A DNA stretch of 38,286 nucleotides from Candidatus Magasanikbacteria bacterium CG10_big_fil_rev_8_21_14_0_10_47_10 (GTDB lineage Bacteria; Patescibacteriota; Patescibacteriia; Magasanikbacterales; UBA922), in the NCBI GenBank assembly GCA_002773135.1, contig PFCB01000021.1:961-39246 (forward strand), written 5' to 3'. Positions 36,539-38,286 of the stretch are shown piece by piece (position 1 is the first letter of the stretch; the number at the start of each line of letters is the position of its first letter). The notes below the pieces were generated by a model. The model saw only the letters and a program-made list of their open reading frames with translations. It did no database searches and was not told the origin of the DNA. Both the position numbers and the translations under genes were made by a program.

Positions 36539-36748
36539 ATGAGGCGCGTGCGACCGCGCATCAGCATGGTTGACGCCATTCTCTGCATCTACGGTATGAT
36601 GATGTGCCGAGATGGACTGGTGATGGTTTCATCTTTGCAGATTGCCGGCAGTGTGACAGAGGCACAAATAGCTGTGGGAGTCTGGTGCATAATTGCAGGC
36701 ACCATCTTCACCTACTCTCTTTTCTCACCCTTCCTGCCACGACGATGA
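36539..36748 (+). CDS. Small hypothetical 2-TM membrane protein
   Basis: 69-aa hydrophobic ORF following the previous one. Confidence 0.35.
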   Translation: MRRVRPRISMVDAILCIYGMMMCRDGLVMVSSLQIAGSVTEAQIAVGVWCIIAGTIFTYSLFSPFLPRR

Positions 36749-36915
36749 CCGGGCAGCCGAGCCAAAGGACTTGTGCTGCCTGCCCACTCCTCAAAATTTT
36801 TATGCGAACCATTTGGTTCGTTTTTACATGCAAAAATGCTATACTGGGGTGCAGAATGACAAACTATAAAATTTCATTTGACATTTGTGCTTGATCATTT
36901 GTCATTTTCCTTTTT

Positions 36916-37722
36916 ATGCAGCAATTCGCCCTCACACTTCTTCAAACAGTGGCAATGGAACTGATCGCTGTTCTGGGAATTTTTTTTGCACTCGGATTTT
37001 TACTTTCCAAAGTCCAAAAAGCAACACATGAAAATTATACACGGACCATTGGTTGGAAAGGGATATTGCTTACCGCGTGGATTGGCACACCTATTCACGA
37101 ACTGGGACATGCTTTTTTTGCCAAGCTGTTTCATCATAAAATTTCCAACATCACCCTGTTTCAGCCGAACAAATCAACCGGTGGCTTGGGCCATGTTGAA
37201 CACAGCTTCAACAGTAACAGTGTTTACCAGCGCATAGGAAATTTTTTTATTGGTGCGGCTCCGCTTTTTTTTGGTGGCGCAGCGCTTATAGGCATACTTT
37301 ATTTTGTGCTGCCAAATGGAAAAGACATCATTGCAATGCTCAATGTTCAATATGATTCCGTGCCGTCCGCAATAGACACATTGAAAAATGTTTTTTTTGC
37401 GCTCATTCAGCGGGATAATCTCAACAATACGATATTCTGGATTTTTGTCTATATTTCTTTTTGCATCAGCGCGCACATGGCGCCAAGCAAACAAGACGTA
37501 AAAGGCATGTGGCGCGGTTTTGCCTGGCTTGTCGGGTTGCTTGTTATCTTCAACTTCATTCTTATGCTCATGAACATTGATCCGCGTGAATACGTGATGC
37601 GCATCGCCTCTTCGCTGTCAATAATTGTCGCTGTTTTTGTGTACGCGCTTCTTATTGCGACAGTCCACTATGTTGTTACCTTCATCCTTCTGCGCCTTCC
37701 CTTTCAGCTGCTGAGGCGTTGA
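36916..37722 (+). CDS. Membrane metalloprotease-like protein (M50-like)
   Basis: IHELGHA (HExxH) in a hydrophobic context, LGHV, FIGAAP, APSKQD. Confidence 0.7.
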   Translation: MQQFALTLLQTVAMELIAVLGIFFALGFLLSKVQKATHENYTRTIGWKGILLTAWIGTPIHELGHAFFAKLFHHKISNITLFQPNKSTGGLGHVEHSFNSNSVYQRIGNFFIGAAPLFFGGAALIGILYFVLPNGKDIIAMLNVQYDSVPSAIDTLKNVFFALIQRDNLNNTIFWIFVYISFCISAHMAPSKQDVKGMWRGFAWLVGLLVIFNFILMLMNIDPREYVMRIASSLSIIVAVFVYALLIATVHYVVTFILLRLPFQLLRR

Positions 37723-37775
37723 TCTTTGCGCGAAATAGTGTACAATCAATCAACCTGTTGTTTGTAATTTTTTTT

Positions 37776-38286
37776 ATGAAACAAAGACACATATCCATAC
37801 TGCTTTTCATTGCGTCTTCCCTTCTCTTGGGGGTGGGATGTGGATCGTCCACACCGGAGCCCCCACCGCGCCCGGTATCGGATACAAATCCGCAGGCGGC
37901 AGTGACACTCAAAGCCACGGTGAAAGCCGCCAATCATGAAACACAAAACGGTACGGTTGTTATCGATGAAGTGGATGTATCCGGACCGGCATGGGCTGTG
38001 CTGTATTCTGACGCCGGAAAACGCCCCGGAACGGTCATAACGTCAACCAAATTACAAAAAGGAAAAAATGAAAAGGTACCACTGGAAAGCGGCCAGGTCA
38101 CTCTTGGCGAACATTCATTTTTTATTTTGATCCACGAAGACGCCGGTATTCAGGGTCAATTTGAGTTTCCACAAACAGATTTGCCCGCGAGTGACCTAAA
38201 AGCTGTTGCGATTACCATTACCAATATAGCTCCGGCCGATGATGAAAATCCTGTTTCCTGTACAAGCGATGCGCGTGATTGCGCTG
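37776..38286 (+). CDS. Putative lipoprotein (runs off window)
   Basis: Manual translation: MKQRHISILLFIASSLLLGVGCGSSTPEPPP...VVIDEVDVSGPAWAVLY...IHEDAG...CTSDARDCA. Lipobox-like GVGC; frame open to the window end. Confidence 0.75.
   Translation, partial: MKQRHISILLFIASSLLLGVGCGSSTPEPPPRPVSDTNPQAAVTLKATVKAANHETQNGTVVIDEVDVSGPAWAVLYSDAGKRPGTVITSTKLQKGKNEKVPLESGQVTLGEHSFFILIHEDAGIQGQFEFPQTDLPASDLKAVAITITNIAPADDENPVSCTSDARDCA

Noticed and set aside
1-38286. Alternative genetic code (TGA = Gly) and RNA genes
   Set aside because: Conserved genes are uninterrupted under code 11 and several end in TGA with ATGA coupling; no tRNA or rRNA signature was recognised by eye.

Overview
Chromosomal segment of a bacterium using genetic code 11 (TGA is a stop). 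It is most likely a Patescibacteria/CPR genome, inferred from reduced housekeeping proteins, scarce Shine-Dalgarno sites, an LxGxGC lipobox and a stand-alone VirD4/HerA-like ATPase. Most genes lie on the minus strand. They include sugar-nucleotide genes (rfbB), Nudix and HIT hydrolases, a pgsA-like gene, a self-standing infA-rpmJ-rpsM-rpsK-rpsD-rpoA-rplQ-rplM-rpsI operon, alaS, mnmA and ftsW-murG; rpmA is on the plus strand. The standout is an ~10.4 kb locus (18655-29085) that looks like a split, multiplexed dikinase. One stand-alone PEP-synthase/PPDK-type ATP-grasp protein is encoded after six tandem paralogs, each with a highly divergent N-terminal domain and an intact phospho-His swivel domain. 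There is also a 49-codon stub of a probable seventh paralog. No pyruvate-binding barrel is present in the window. Two GC-rich, opposite-strand histidine-phosphatase-like genes lie in and beside the array. Also notable: an RpoA without its C-terminal domain, mnmA carrying four in-frame repeat-derived insertions, and related heptamer hairpins in front of rpsM and rpsD. No rRNA, tRNA, CRISPR array or transposase was seen.
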